This document shows, in pieces, positions 1 to 10,497 of a stretch of DNA of 61,067 nucleotides. The position numbers were made by a program, and so were the translations under genes. The notes beneath the pieces were generated by a model. That model was not told the origin of the DNA. It searched no databases and saw only the letters and a program-made list of their open reading frames with translations. Source of the DNA: an uncultured virus (IMG/VR IMGVR_UViG_3300042882_001139) (taxonomy: Duplodnaviria > Heunggongvirae > Uroviricota > Caudoviricetes); the IMG/VR virus record IMGVR_UViG_3300042882_001139, positions 62,001 through 123,067 of that record, one strand, 5' to 3'. Every line of letters begins with the position of its first letter. The stretch's first letter is position 1.

Positions 1-288
1 TCCGGCAAGTTACGCTTTGATATAGCTCCGGGCAGCGTCATTAAAATTAAAGCACCCACAGAAAACATGCCGCAGTTGTCAGATAACACGGACATGATAG
101 CAACTGTCGTGCAAGTTTCGTTCTCCATTAACGCTGAAAACGCAAACGCAGGTACGGCGTTTTCCGTATCACATATTCGTTCACCTGCTGAAAACGACGA
201 TCGTTTAATCGCTGGGTCCGACACGCCGCCGTTATACAATGAACGCTGGGCCGGCGGCCCGCTCTCCTCAAAAATTAAATACACATGA
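1..288 (+). CDS. C-terminal part of a probable baseplate hub/tail protein (5' truncated by window)
   Basis: Frame 1 is open from base 1 (SGKLRFDIAPGSVIKIK...VVQVSFSI); resembles hub/gpD-like C-termini; ATGA overlap with next gene. Confidence 0.45.
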   Translation, partial: SGKLRFDIAPGSVIKIKAPTENMPQLSDNTDMIATVVQVSFSINAENANAGTAFSVSHIRSPAENDDRLIAGSDTPPLYNERWAGGPLSSKIKYT

Positions 289-1109
289 AACCAAACATGC
301 CGCAAACGAATAGCCCAAAAGGTATGCCGTCCATTCTGGGCGACGTCACGCCGCCATATTCGGCACCAAGATCTATTACCGGCGTCGCGCCGGAATTTGA
401 TGACCTGTACACGACCTGGCAAACGACAAAGACGCCAGAAAACAACACCAAGGTGCTAGCCGCATTACAGCCGGTTATTGACACCGCTGTTTCGTCATAC
501 GGTGGCGCCAACGCTACTCCAAATCTTAAGTCTCGTGCCAAACTCATGGCTCTTAAAGCGCTTGACACATATGACCCCAAACGAGGCAATGTGCGCACGC
601 ATTTGTTGTCTCAGTTGCAAAGCCTGCGGCGGCTGTCAGCAAAAGAGCAACACATCATTAGCCTGCCAGAACAAGTAGGGCTAGATTTTCAAAAATTGAC
701 GCTAGCTGAAAGTGAGCTTACTGATGCACTTGGCCGCGATCCGACAGACGACGAACTAGCCGATCACACCAATTTGTCTACACGGCGAATTCGTAAGATT
801 CGTGCGTTTAATCAGCCGCTTGCAGAAGGTTCTGTTTCTCGTGTCACAGAAGAGTCAGCCGGTGGCGATGTTGCAAGTCACATCCCAGGCAGCAACCGTG
901 GAACAGATGCGTGGATGAACTTCGTATACGACGATCTCGGACCGACCGATAAAATGATCATGGACATGACGCTGGGCAGGAACGGTAGACGACGTGCGTC
1001 GACGCAAGATATCGCAGCGCGATTAAAAATAACGCCCGGGGCGGTCAGTCAGCGTGCGGCAAAGATACAGCAAATGCTCGATAAACGTTTTGACTACGGA
1101 GGCTTTTAA
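285..1109 (+). CDS. RNA polymerase sigma-70 family factor (FliA/SigF-like)
   Basis: Region 2 ALDTYDPKRG, region 3 LGRDPTDDELADH, region 4 HTH STQDIAARLKITPGAVSQ. Confidence 0.85.
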   Translation: MKPNMPQTNSPKGMPSILGDVTPPYSAPRSITGVAPEFDDLYTTWQTTKTPENNTKVLAALQPVIDTAVSSYGGANATPNLKSRAKLMALKALDTYDPKRGNVRTHLLSQLQSLRRLSAKEQHIISLPEQVGLDFQKLTLAESELTDALGRDPTDDELADHTNLSTRRIRKIRAFNQPLAEGSVSRVTEESAGGDVASHIPGSNRGTDAWMNFVYDDLGPTDKMIMDMTLGRNGRRRASTQDIAARLKITPGAVSQRAAKIQQMLDKRFDYGGF

Positions 1110-1570
1110 TGGCAAACGGCGTTTCCCGTGCGAGCATAGACAGCACATTTGAAAAGCGCATTCGGCATTTAGAAGAAGCGGCGCAGGCGTCAGCGGACGC
1201 TTTTCGCGATGGCTACTCTACGTATTTAAAGTGGTGCACGCCAAAAGAAGTGAAAGATCTTCTAGACGTGCCATCGCTGCATAACCCTGCTTGGGACCGC
1301 AACAAATTAAACGAGATGTATTGCTCGCAGGTGCTCGCGGGTCCGGGTGATGCTGGCGGTACCGTAGCTGACTGCATCGGTGTCAAATCGCAAATCGATT
1401 TCATGGCCGTCGAGGAGCGTGCGTTTAGATTACGCCACGCAACTTACTCCCGATGTGCTGCTATGGCACATGGCCGCTTGGACGGGTACGGCAAAAAAGA
1501 CCGCGGCGTGTTTTCGTTTGTTTTAAACTCAATTGACAGCATTATCAATGCCGGTCGTGTAAGCAGTTAA
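1109..1570 (+). CDS. hypothetical protein
   Basis: 153-aa ORF, TAATG-coupled to the sigma gene. Confidence 0.7.
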   Translation: MANGVSRASIDSTFEKRIRHLEEAAQASADAFRDGYSTYLKWCTPKEVKDLLDVPSLHNPAWDRNKLNEMYCSQVLAGPGDAGGTVADCIGVKSQIDFMAVEERAFRLRHATYSRCAAMAHGRLDGYGKKDRGVFSFVLNSIDSIINAGRVSS

Positions 1571-1578
1571 GGTGAGCT

Positions 1579-2043
1579 ATGGCAACAGCATATGAAGGAC
1601 GAAAATACGACTTTCTAGGTTTTAGAAACGTCGCCCCGCGAGGCGAGCGGCAACTGGGGCTGGCGTTGTACAGCGAAGATAGTTCCGGTCAGATTTGCGT
1701 TGGCGTACAAAAACTGGCGCAGCGCTGGGCACTCGAGTTTCTTACAGAGGTGGGGTCAATGCCCGGCCTGCCCGAGCGCGGCTGCGAGTTCATGGCAGCC
1801 GTCCGAACGCAGACGGCTCGTACAGAGCAAGAAATAATATGGGCGTTTTTATCGGCTGATATCGACATTACACGCAATTTGAAAAACGAAGAATACGCCG
1901 ACATGCCCGACGACGAAAAGTTTAAATCGGCGACGCTCACGTCTGTTACATTTTATCCGGGATATTTATCGTTACATGTTATGATTGAGAGCGTTGCAGG
2001 CACGTCGCGGGCCGCAATTATGCCGATCAATACCCTGCCGTAG
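1579..2043 (+). CDS. gp25/GPW-like baseplate wedge protein
   Basis: GVQKLAQR..EFLTEVGSMP..PERGC pattern; size and position directly before baseplate J. Confidence 0.6.
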   Translation: MATAYEGRKYDFLGFRNVAPRGERQLGLALYSEDSSGQICVGVQKLAQRWALEFLTEVGSMPGLPERGCEFMAAVRTQTARTEQEIIWAFLSADIDITRNLKNEEYADMPDDEKFKSATLTSVTFYPGYLSLHVMIESVAGTSRAAIMPINTLP

Positions 2044-2051
2044 GTGCCGCC

Positions 2052-3695
2052 ATGGCTATTGAAATTACAAGTCTAAAAGAACTGGCTCCCGAAAAAATCG
2101 AGGCCATGTTTAACACTTTGAGCCAGTTAATGCAGGAGCGCCACCCGGAGGTAGAATTAACTCGGGGTGTATTTCACGACTTAGTGCTGTATTTTAATGG
2201 CGTACTTAACGCGGCCATCCAGGAAAACGTAGACCGCGTCCGACAAAGCAATAGTTTACTCAGCATATCGGCCAACCCGGCCTTAGCCGAGCCGGAACTT
2301 GTCGACCAGGTGCTGTCTAACTACGGGCTCTCGCGGGATCAGGGGCGTGCAGCGTCTGGAACCATAACGCTCGTCCTGCCTCTCGCTGCCCAGACCACTG
2401 TTGCCGTTGAGACGCGCATGACTGCCGGCGTCGCCATATTCCGGCCAACAGCCACATTCATTATTTTAGCCCCGGGCAGCACAGCGTCGCTTGCCACAGA
2501 GCGCGTAATGCAGCCCGTCGGTGACGGCACATATGTAGCGACAATAACGGTGCAGGCTGAAGAAGTTGGCACCAGCGGCAACATAAATAAGGGCACAGAG
2601 TTAGTACCAGATTTTCAACCTGTTAACGTTAGCAAAATTTACGCCACTGTAGATTTCGTAAACGGGCGCGATGTAGCGACAAACGAAAATTACATTTCAA
2701 AACTTGCTCCGGCCCTAGCAGCGAAAACAATCGGCGGGCGGCAGAGTTACGTCGCCGCAATCAGGGCCAATGCAGCGTTCGCAGATATCCAGCACATTTC
2801 AATTATCGGTGCTGGCGACGTTGAGCAGCAACGTGATCAGCACGGTTTGTTTCCAATATCGGGCGGCGGCAAAGTTGACATTTATTTGCAGAGTTACCCG
2901 TACCCGCAGACACAAACACAACTGCTGGAGGCGACGTACATCGGTCCCGGTGTTACAGGTGGTCGGTGGCAGATCATACTAGATCGCGATACGTTTCCCG
3001 CGCTGTACGAGATTTCACGCGTAGCGAAGCCGAACGCGTTAACAACGACAGGCTACAAAATTGTTAACGAGTACCGCGGCGTCAATTTTTCAGAATTAGC
3101 ATTTGTGCCGTCAATCAAATACATGCATGAAAGCGCATACACGCGGTATCAGACCGTCATGATTCAGTTTGAGGACACCGATACATCGATTATTAATCTT
3201 GTGGCTAATCAGAGCAAAGCAAAGTACGACGTAGAAGCCGTGTGCATGCCCCTGATCTCAGATGTGCAAGACATGTTCAGTGCCCGCGAAAATCGTTCAC
3301 GTACAACTGACGTGCTTGTGCGTGCCGCACTGCCGTGCTTTACAAAGATCTCGTTTCAAATTCGCAAAGATGCGAACGACTTAGATCCAGATATCGCGGC
3401 CATTCAGCAGGCGGTCAGTAATAAAATCAGCACAATTGGGTTTTCCGGGCAACTGCACGCATCCCACATTTCATCTGTTGCACAGCAGTTATTGTCTGGC
3501 AAACAGGGTCTAGGCCCCATCGACATGTTTGGCCGGATTAGACGGCCTGACGGTAAAAACATCTACGTGCGTGATTCGGCGATCCTGCAGATCCCCAATG
3601 ACCCCGGGCATTTAATAACAGGCCGCACAACCGCATTCATGACGCGACCCGAAGACGTCACCGTATCTACTGTTGTTGCGGGCTTTGCTTACTAA
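2052..3695 (+). CDS. baseplate J-like protein
   Basis: NYGLSRDQGRAASGTITL, VQAEEVGTSGNI, FVNGRD..TNENY and GGKVDIY are typical of Baseplate_J/gp6. Confidence 0.8.
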   Translation: MAIEITSLKELAPEKIEAMFNTLSQLMQERHPEVELTRGVFHDLVLYFNGVLNAAIQENVDRVRQSNSLLSISANPALAEPELVDQVLSNYGLSRDQGRAASGTITLVLPLAAQTTVAVETRMTAGVAIFRPTATFIILAPGSTASLATERVMQPVGDGTYVATITVQAEEVGTSGNINKGTELVPDFQPVNVSKIYATVDFVNGRDVATNENYISKLAPALAAKTIGGRQSYVAAIRANAAFADIQHISIIGAGDVEQQRDQHGLFPISGGGKVDIYLQSYPYPQTQTQLLEATYIGPGVTGGRWQIILDRDTFPALYEISRVAKPNALTTTGYKIVNEYRGVNFSELAFVPSIKYMHESAYTRYQTVMIQFEDTDTSIINLVANQSKAKYDVEAVCMPLISDVQDMFSARENRSRTTDVLVRAALPCFTKISFQIRKDANDLDPDIAAIQQAVSNKISTIGFSGQLHASHISSVAQQLLSGKQGLGPIDMFGRIRRPDGKNIYVRDSAILQIPNDPGHLITGRTTAFMTRPEDVTVSTVVAGFAY

Positions 3696-5407
3696 TGTAC
3701 AAGCGCACTTTTATTTACCCGGGATCAGATATTGATCGCAGCAGAAACATGCTGGCGATGCTGGGTAGTTTTTGGTCCCGCATTTATTCCGCCAAAGATC
3801 AACTGACATCTTATGCGGACGCGACTGCGACGCTCGTAGCACAGACGTATCGAAATATTCTAGAGGCTGTCGCCGCGGTTAGCCGTTTTGACGTGCCAGT
3901 GTTCCACAGCGAATACTGGGTGCCGATTGTCATTAAAAAATCTGACATCAACGGCCAGCGCTTAGTTAATAATTTTTTTGATGGTACTGCAGATAAGTTT
4001 AATCAGACAACTGCGGTCTTTGACGGATCGGCACAGACTGAGTTGTTTTACGCCCCGGCGCCAAAAAACTTAGTCGGTGTCGGGCAAATCTTCAACAAGA
4101 TTATTTTTCCGACTGTCGCCCTGCTCGAACACATCGACTACATCATTGATACAAAATCTAGTGCTATCGTCTTCTCTGAAAACCCGTTCGATAACCCGGC
4201 TATTTTGAAACGTGCTGCAGTCACCAGCGGACAGCCGGATGAAGAAATTGTACTGTGGGGTTTCTGCGGGCAGTTTGATTATAACTACGTTTTTGAGCAG
4301 TTTGCGTACGCACTGGGTATCCGGCTAAAGAGCAGTCAAGGTTACAAAGATTTAATGAATGCCGTTTTCAACGGCTTAATTAATGGCGGTGCGTCTGCCG
4401 CAGATTTGGATCTGGCACTATCTGCTATCTGCGGAATTCCGGTAACGCTCGATAACCACGAGACAGTAGAAGTCGTTGACAGTGATACGCACGGCGTATT
4501 CATAAGCACGGATAAAAACCTATACCGCTTTGCCGCAACAGCAGTACCTGTTGTAATCGTCGGCCAAAAACTTAAGGCCGGCTCACAGTTGGTGCGCGGC
4601 TTTGAGATTGACGAGTTTTTTGTAGGTAGCACGTATGGTCCGCCGCCAGACGATGAACTGATCTGCTGCCCGGCACCAAATCTTTTACTGGCTACCAATG
4701 CTTACCACGACTTGCTCACTGAAACAGACGAAGATCTTTTACTAGACCCAAATCTGCAGAGCTGCTACGGCCGAAAGGCGTTAGCGGCTTTGAGTCTTGA
4801 TCGTGGCTTTTTGTCTGCCTGCTTTTACGGCGACCTAGTATTTGAGAACAAAGAAGTGCCGGTACATGTCAACACAAATCATGTAACAGATTACACGTAT
4901 GTTAGTTTTCCAGTCGTCGGTTTGCCGGCGGACGTAGAGCGGTTTTTTGACGAGATTCACTACCGGGGTGTTCTCGCGGCACAGGCAGCGGCACCGTGTC
5001 CGCCAGGATATAAAAGACACACGCTTGCCCAGTGGCTCGACCGGCGTAAAAACCCGCTAAGCGAGCCCGATGCGACACATCTGCCGAAAACTATAAACCC
5101 CCTGAAATTTGTTGTTGAAAACGTGCTCCGTAACAATGTTTTTGTTGTCAGAATCAACATAAGCGCCCTAGGGCAAAATAGGCTGGGTTTGTACAATATT
5201 AGACACCTGCGTCAGTTGCTGCCGCCTGGCACCGCAATGTTGTTGGTATTTGAATTAAACGCACCAGAAGACAGGATTCGCGGCGATCGGCAGTTGACCG
5301 AGGGTACTAGTTTTTTTACAGGTATGGCACCCGTAAGCGATACAATCAGCAATCAAATTAACGATCGCGGCGTAACCGTCCGTCTGATATCCGGCACGTG
5401 CCAATAA
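3695..5407 (+). CDS. baseplate wedge/structural protein
   Basis: 570-aa ORF TAATG-coupled to baseplate J; C-terminal LRQLLPPGT resembles gpI/gp7-like wedge ends. Confidence 0.55.
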   Translation: MYKRTFIYPGSDIDRSRNMLAMLGSFWSRIYSAKDQLTSYADATATLVAQTYRNILEAVAAVSRFDVPVFHSEYWVPIVIKKSDINGQRLVNNFFDGTADKFNQTTAVFDGSAQTELFYAPAPKNLVGVGQIFNKIIFPTVALLEHIDYIIDTKSSAIVFSENPFDNPAILKRAAVTSGQPDEEIVLWGFCGQFDYNYVFEQFAYALGIRLKSSQGYKDLMNAVFNGLINGGASAADLDLALSAICGIPVTLDNHETVEVVDSDTHGVFISTDKNLYRFAATAVPVVIVGQKLKAGSQLVRGFEIDEFFVGSTYGPPPDDELICCPAPNLLLATNAYHDLLTETDEDLLLDPNLQSCYGRKALAALSLDRGFLSACFYGDLVFENKEVPVHVNTNHVTDYTYVSFPVVGLPADVERFFDEIHYRGVLAAQAAAPCPPGYKRHTLAQWLDRRKNPLSEPDATHLPKTINPLKFVVENVLRNNVFVVRINISALGQNRLGLYNIRHLRQLLPPGTAMLLVFELNAPEDRIRGDRQLTEGTSFFTGMAPVSDTISNQINDRGVTVRLISGTCQ

Positions 5408-5416
5408 GGATTACTT

Positions 5417-6049
5417 ATGCTTGCTGACAACATTAGCCCAGAGCAGTTCGGCGTGCGTGGCCATGTGACGCTGTGGGCTGTCGATGAGGCGACTGGTTTA
5501 AAACTGCCTGTCTGCTCGCAGCTAAACCAGATTCAGTATTCATGGGGGTTTGTTGCCGCCAAGCAGCTTGGTCGTCGTGCTCAGCCAGATAGGCCTGACT
5601 ACAGTATCTCCGCAATGTACATTGAATATGAGAATCAGTCAGATCCTGAACTTGCGGTATCTGAGGCGTCAAATTTCCCCCGCACACTTAGTGTCAATTA
5701 CTATAACTCTTTAGGTAGTTCTACAAATCGTGACTTCTTACGTGTACCAATCATTGTTGAACCGGCCATCGGTGTCTCGACCGGTTTTGAGTCATATCTG
5801 GATGTTAATCAACAAGGCAACAAACTAACGTTTTTCGTGCAGACGTCTGGGGCCGTGGGCGCACACGGACGTGCGTTTAATGACACGGTAAACAGCAAAG
5901 TGTTTGCCGCGGCACTGGTAGCCGCACCTGTGTTTAGTGACCGCACCAAAGACGTAATTTTTGCCAGAACAGTTTTTTCGTCGGCCAACCAAGTAACAAA
6001 AGAGGCGTCGTCGCAAATCGGCATCACGTGGGACATCTCGTTCGAATAA
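5417..6049 (+). CDS. putative tail/baseplate structural protein
   Basis: FARTVF..VTK..SQIGITWDISF C-terminus typical of tail-fibre attachment proteins; operon context. Confidence 0.5.
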   Translation: MLADNISPEQFGVRGHVTLWAVDEATGLKLPVCSQLNQIQYSWGFVAAKQLGRRAQPDRPDYSISAMYIEYENQSDPELAVSEASNFPRTLSVNYYNSLGSSTNRDFLRVPIIVEPAIGVSTGFESYLDVNQQGNKLTFFVQTSGAVGAHGRAFNDTVNSKVFAAALVAAPVFSDRTKDVIFARTVFSSANQVTKEASSQIGITWDISFE

Positions 6050-6074
6050 TCGCCCGTCTGACTGGAGGACAAGG

Positions 6075-7979
6075 ATGTCCGAAAATTGGCTGTACAACAT
6101 TAAACATGTGACGCCGGGCGAGCCGGTACAGGCAGGCGTCGTAAGTCGACCTGACCAGGCCCTGCAAGACAGAACTGAATATTTGCGGCAGCGCTTAGAC
6201 GCCGCCGAACTTGGCAAAGCCATTTTCGACACGGGTGCCACCGTTGCGCCCGACGTGCAGCCCGGCCACGCCGTGTACTGGAACTACACAACAAAACAAT
6301 ATGAGAAGGCACTGGCCGCCGTAGAGTTAAACGAAGAAAGCCAGACGTATACCGTACTGCCATCGTCTGATTGCGTCGGGCTGTGTTGCCGCAAAATCAA
6401 CGAGACGCTCGGCGATATTGTGTTAAACGGTATCGTCACTTTGCCGGAAATTGCTAATAGCGTGGTCGGCACACTCACGCCGGGCCGCTATTACTTGTCG
6501 GCCGCTGAGCCCGGAAAACTCGTAAAACAAAAACCGGGCGTTACTGTCAGCGTGTGCTATGTGCAGGGTGCTACAGACACGTGTAACCCAGCACCGCGCG
6601 TCGTTGTTATGCCGAACACGCGCGAGTTAATTGACGAGCACACACATTATCGTTTTGAATTAGTTGCCCGCCCGGCCGGTAACAATCAAATCGTCGTAGA
6701 TGGTGACAGCAATGAGCGCCACGAAATCGGCAACGCCGACAGCGATCTGCCCGGCTGGCTTCCATTTGATGATGCCGTGTTTAACGGTAAGGCTCCGGCT
6801 GGCGCTGTTTTTGGTTACAACTTGTCTCGGCACCCGGCACTGAACAGCGTGTGGCCGCCACTGCCAGTGCAATCAGTGGCCGTGCTAGTCGATAAGGCAA
6901 CGAGTTACGCCGGGGCTACTGAGGTCCCAACAGGTCCCGACGGCCTCGTTATTTGCGATCTGCACGGCATCTGGTGGATGAGCGATTGTCGCGGCGATGT
7001 GCCCTGGCCTGAAAACTACAGCGGCACACCGGAAGAAGACACTGTTATTACGGAAACAGAATGTCCGCGTGCCGAGAGCATGCGCGTCGTCGTGGTATTC
7101 ATCCGAATGCTCGTCGGCAACGATCGCAGTTTGGTGACTAGTTTAATTCCTGGCACAGACAGCCCCGTGCAAATCATTACGTGCGCCACAGGCCTGCCGG
7201 CAACCGCGGCAAACCCAGGCACAGGCGACCTTGAATTAAATCTTAGCCTTCAGTACGCCGTGGATAACGACGCACGCGATGACGCTAACACGCCGGCAGA
7301 ACAAGGTTTAATTGTTACCGGTAAGACGCCATCTGGTCGGCGGTTGCAGCGCGGCTGGGTGGCCGGCGGAATTGTCGCCCACAATTTACCGCAAGTGTCA
7401 GTATCAAGTACGAATCAGCGCAACTTGACGACGGCTGAAAAAACAGCACTCGCCCTGCCTACCGGGGCCACTGTGCAACTACATCGCGGCCTCGTGAAAT
7501 TGAATTTTGACGTGTTAGCAGATAAAGAACTGACGCCTCAAATTATCCGCCTGAACGACACAGTTGAACGCCTTTACAATGACATTCCGTATCTGGGCTT
7601 TCCTGCCGGGCAGGCGTCGTCTATGCGTTTGCGATTTAATGTACCGGACGCAAACATCGGCACGGGTGTTTTAATGCGTGTGCGGCTGCAATTGTTTGGC
7701 AAGGGCACGCAGACCATGCCAGCGCTTTATATGTCGTACCGCAAACTGCAGAAACCCGGCACTACACCGACGACGGCGATATCTCTGCTGAATACTGACA
7801 CGCCGCTTAACATTGATACAGCATTAGCAGTCAGTGCGAACGCCGCCATTGTTCGTGATAGCGAGGCGTTTAGCGTAACCGCTGGCGACACAGTGCTTGT
7901 CACTATCGGCCGCACAGCAGGTGACACATATCCGGAGGTTGGCGTTTTACGTGTAGCCGGAATCTTATCGCTTACATAA
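6075..7979 (+). CDS. putative tail fibre/virion protein
   Basis: SRPDQALQDRTEYLRQRL N-terminal motif and LTPGRYYLSAAEPGKL domain seen in tail-fibre-like proteins; GGAGG RBS. Confidence 0.55.
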   Translation: MSENWLYNIKHVTPGEPVQAGVVSRPDQALQDRTEYLRQRLDAAELGKAIFDTGATVAPDVQPGHAVYWNYTTKQYEKALAAVELNEESQTYTVLPSSDCVGLCCRKINETLGDIVLNGIVTLPEIANSVVGTLTPGRYYLSAAEPGKLVKQKPGVTVSVCYVQGATDTCNPAPRVVVMPNTRELIDEHTHYRFELVARPAGNNQIVVDGDSNERHEIGNADSDLPGWLPFDDAVFNGKAPAGAVFGYNLSRHPALNSVWPPLPVQSVAVLVDKATSYAGATEVPTGPDGLVICDLHGIWWMSDCRGDVPWPENYSGTPEEDTVITETECPRAESMRVVVVFIRMLVGNDRSLVTSLIPGTDSPVQIITCATGLPATAANPGTGDLELNLSLQYAVDNDARDDANTPAEQGLIVTGKTPSGRRLQRGWVAGGIVAHNLPQVSVSSTNQRNLTTAEKTALALPTGATVQLHRGLVKLNFDVLADKELTPQIIRLNDTVERLYNDIPYLGFPAGQASSMRLRFNVPDANIGTGVLMRVRLQLFGKGTQTMPALYMSYRKLQKPGTTPTTAISLLNTDTPLNIDTALAVSANAAIVRDSEAFSVTAGDTVLVTIGRTAGDTYPEVGVLRVAGILSLT

Positions 7980-7988
7980 CGAATTATC

Positions 7989-8933
7989 ATGCCAATCGGT
8001 AACTGGAATCTACAGTGGCTTAACCACAACTCGCAGCGATCTTATCCGCTGACAGAGGCCGCTACCAAGACGGACATTACGAACACCGTCATAATTCCAG
8101 ATAACTTTATTGTAGGTCTTTATTTTCCTACGCACGCCGGCGGCAATTTTCTGCCAACAAACTTTTTTATTAAGAGTTTGATGATTGCACCAACTGGCTT
8201 TGCAATCACGCTCGGCTACAGCGACGGTATAAGCAATATTGACGTAGCCAGTGCTAACGTCGTGCGTGGCACACACGTGCCAAACCGTTCGTACGCCCTT
8301 GGCGGCATAGACGAGTTTGATGATTCTATTGGAACTATTGTGCTCGGCGTGCTTGACGATATCGACCGCTTGGCCCCCGGATTTTATACCTTTACACCAG
8401 CAGGCGGCGCCGTAGAGCCCGACGCCATACGCCCGATGCTGCGTGCCGTGCAGCGTCTGCAAATTTTAAACAACAATGAATACAGTGACCCGATTTACGG
8501 CCATGTCACGTTAGTAGCCGGCACCAATGTACGTATAGACGTGCAGACGAGCGGCAATCAAACAGAGATCGTGTTCAATGCCATCTCTGGTGCAAATCTA
8601 AATCAAGACTGTCTTTGCAACGTACCGCCAAGCGGAGAATGTATTCGTTGCATTAACGGTGTCTGCTCGGACGACGGGACGTTCACGTTTGCACAAGACG
8701 CATGCGTAGAAATTTCACAGATCACAAACGGCTTATCATTTACTGACACGTGCGCGTCGCCGTGCTGTGGTTGCAATGAGTTAGACGCAATCAACACGCA
8801 GATTGACCGCTTTGGCGATGGCGTGACCACGCTCCAAAACTTTGTAACGCGCCTGGGCTCTGAGGTCACGCAAATGAGCCTGGTCGTACTGGGTAGCCGC
8901 TTTTCCGATTACGCAGCCTGCACACCGGAGTAA
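7989..8933 (+). CDS. Cys-rich virion protein, paralog 1
   Basis: N-terminal NSQRSYPL, CIRCING and CASPCCGC motifs; coiled-coil-like tail. Confidence 0.6.
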   Translation: MPIGNWNLQWLNHNSQRSYPLTEAATKTDITNTVIIPDNFIVGLYFPTHAGGNFLPTNFFIKSLMIAPTGFAITLGYSDGISNIDVASANVVRGTHVPNRSYALGGIDEFDDSIGTIVLGVLDDIDRLAPGFYTFTPAGGAVEPDAIRPMLRAVQRLQILNNNEYSDPIYGHVTLVAGTNVRIDVQTSGNQTEIVFNAISGANLNQDCLCNVPPSGECIRCINGVCSDDGTFTFAQDACVEISQITNGLSFTDTCASPCCGCNELDAINTQIDRFGDGVTTLQNFVTRLGSEVTQMSLVVLGSRFSDYAACTPE

Positions 8934-8936
8934 CCC

Positions 8937-10496
8937 ATGAGTTGCCCCGGTTTCACATTTACACCGCATGGCCGTGAAGGTATCGGGATCTGCCAGCCGC
9001 AGAGCGGTCTTGACTACCCATTCGTGGCGCCGTCGGAGGATATCCGTTTTCTTGTTGCTGACCTGCATGTAGCGTTTGACGACCCGGCAGTGGCCGTGCC
9101 AGGCACAGCCGAGCGGCAGCCGCCATATCGTGTGAAGTATTTATACAACGTCGGTTGCAATCCGAATGCCTTGCCTGCTGGGGCGCCCGCCCCGCGCGGC
9201 AACGAGGCTGACATTGTCATTGTTGACATAAATAACAACGTGGTATTCGACACCACTGGTGCGGCGACGGTAACTTACACCGCAACACCGTGGAACACAG
9301 ACTACACGATCTATAAATGGACAACTGCCGCTGGCACGTGTCATCTCGTCGCTCACACAAACTGGAAGACTGGTGAACCAGCCCCTAGGCATTATGACCG
9401 GTATATCGCGCCGGCAAACGGCACGCTTGACGCCCGAGTTGTGTATAAGCTGCCAAAAAGATTGCTTTCCCTGCGCGTAAAGCAACGCAGCGGCACAACC
9501 GTGCTAGGCCCGTACACCGGTAACGTAGTTTTTAAAAACGGCTACAACACAGAAATAACTGCGACGAGCAGCGTTTCAAATTACCTAAAAAATACAGAAG
9601 TTAGATTGTCTGCTGTCGCAGGTTCCGGCGCTGGCTATTACCCGGTTTGCGGTGACGGTTTTGATCAGGGCATCGGCCCGCGCCCGCCGCAACCAATCAG
9701 GACAATTAACGGCGCGGCGCCCAACGCATCCGGCGACTTCCTGCTGTCGGCTGGCGATTGTTTGTATCTCCGCAGACCGACTGTGCGGCCTACAGCGAAC
9801 AGTCTTTATCCAGATCCAGTGCATAAACAGCAAATGGGCGCCGACTGTCCGCCGTGCTGCGAGTGCGACGATTATGTGGCAGCCGCACTGTACATGAATA
9901 GCGTTGGTAGCCGCTATCAACTTGTCGGCACTCGTGTAGAAAACATAAAGGGCATTCACGAATCTAACATTGACCGATGGCTCGACAAGCGTGATTGTTC
10001 GCTGGGTAACCCATTAAAACTTATTTTGGTTCCGCAAGGTTGTCCGTTTATGGACGTGGTTGCCATGATTTGCAACCCATGCGATAGCTGCCTTAGCGGA
10101 AGCACGTTACAGTTAACTTTAACCCCAGTGAATCAGCCGGGCACGGTATCAGCCGAACTTGTTTGCGGTTACACGGCGTTGTTCGCACCAGGGATCAACG
10201 GCCAGTCAGTCGGTATAACTGTGACCGCAAACGGCAATGTTACGGCAGCAACTTTTAAAATGCCGTCAATTAATTCAGGCTCGTCTGCTTATTTAAAATT
10301 TAGGCTCAAGTTTTCACCGAGATTGAATTTCGCCATAAAGGGCGTACTCACGGGTACACTAGATTCGCCGGTCGGGGCACCGCTAAAAACAGGCTGTGCT
10401 GCCGAAACACCAGAAGCTGACCGTATCGTAGCAGTAGCCGAAACGACACAGGCACTGTACTGCGACGATAACGGCGATACAGATATGCCGTGTTAA
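8937..10496 (+). CDS. Cys-rich virion protein, paralog 2
   Basis: GLDYPF, IRTINGAAPNASGD and DCPPCCEC motifs. Confidence 0.6.
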   Translation: MSCPGFTFTPHGREGIGICQPQSGLDYPFVAPSEDIRFLVADLHVAFDDPAVAVPGTAERQPPYRVKYLYNVGCNPNALPAGAPAPRGNEADIVIVDINNNVVFDTTGAATVTYTATPWNTDYTIYKWTTAAGTCHLVAHTNWKTGEPAPRHYDRYIAPANGTLDARVVYKLPKRLLSLRVKQRSGTTVLGPYTGNVVFKNGYNTEITATSSVSNYLKNTEVRLSAVAGSGAGYYPVCGDGFDQGIGPRPPQPIRTINGAAPNASGDFLLSAGDCLYLRRPTVRPTANSLYPDPVHKQQMGADCPPCCECDDYVAAALYMNSVGSRYQLVGTRVENIKGIHESNIDRWLDKRDCSLGNPLKLILVPQGCPFMDVVAMICNPCDSCLSGSTLQLTLTPVNQPGTVSAELVCGYTALFAPGINGQSVGITVTANGNVTAATFKMPSINSGSSAYLKFRLKFSPRLNFAIKGVLTGTLDSPVGAPLKTGCAAETPEADRIVAVAETTQALYCDDNGDTDMPC

Positions 10497-10497
10497 C

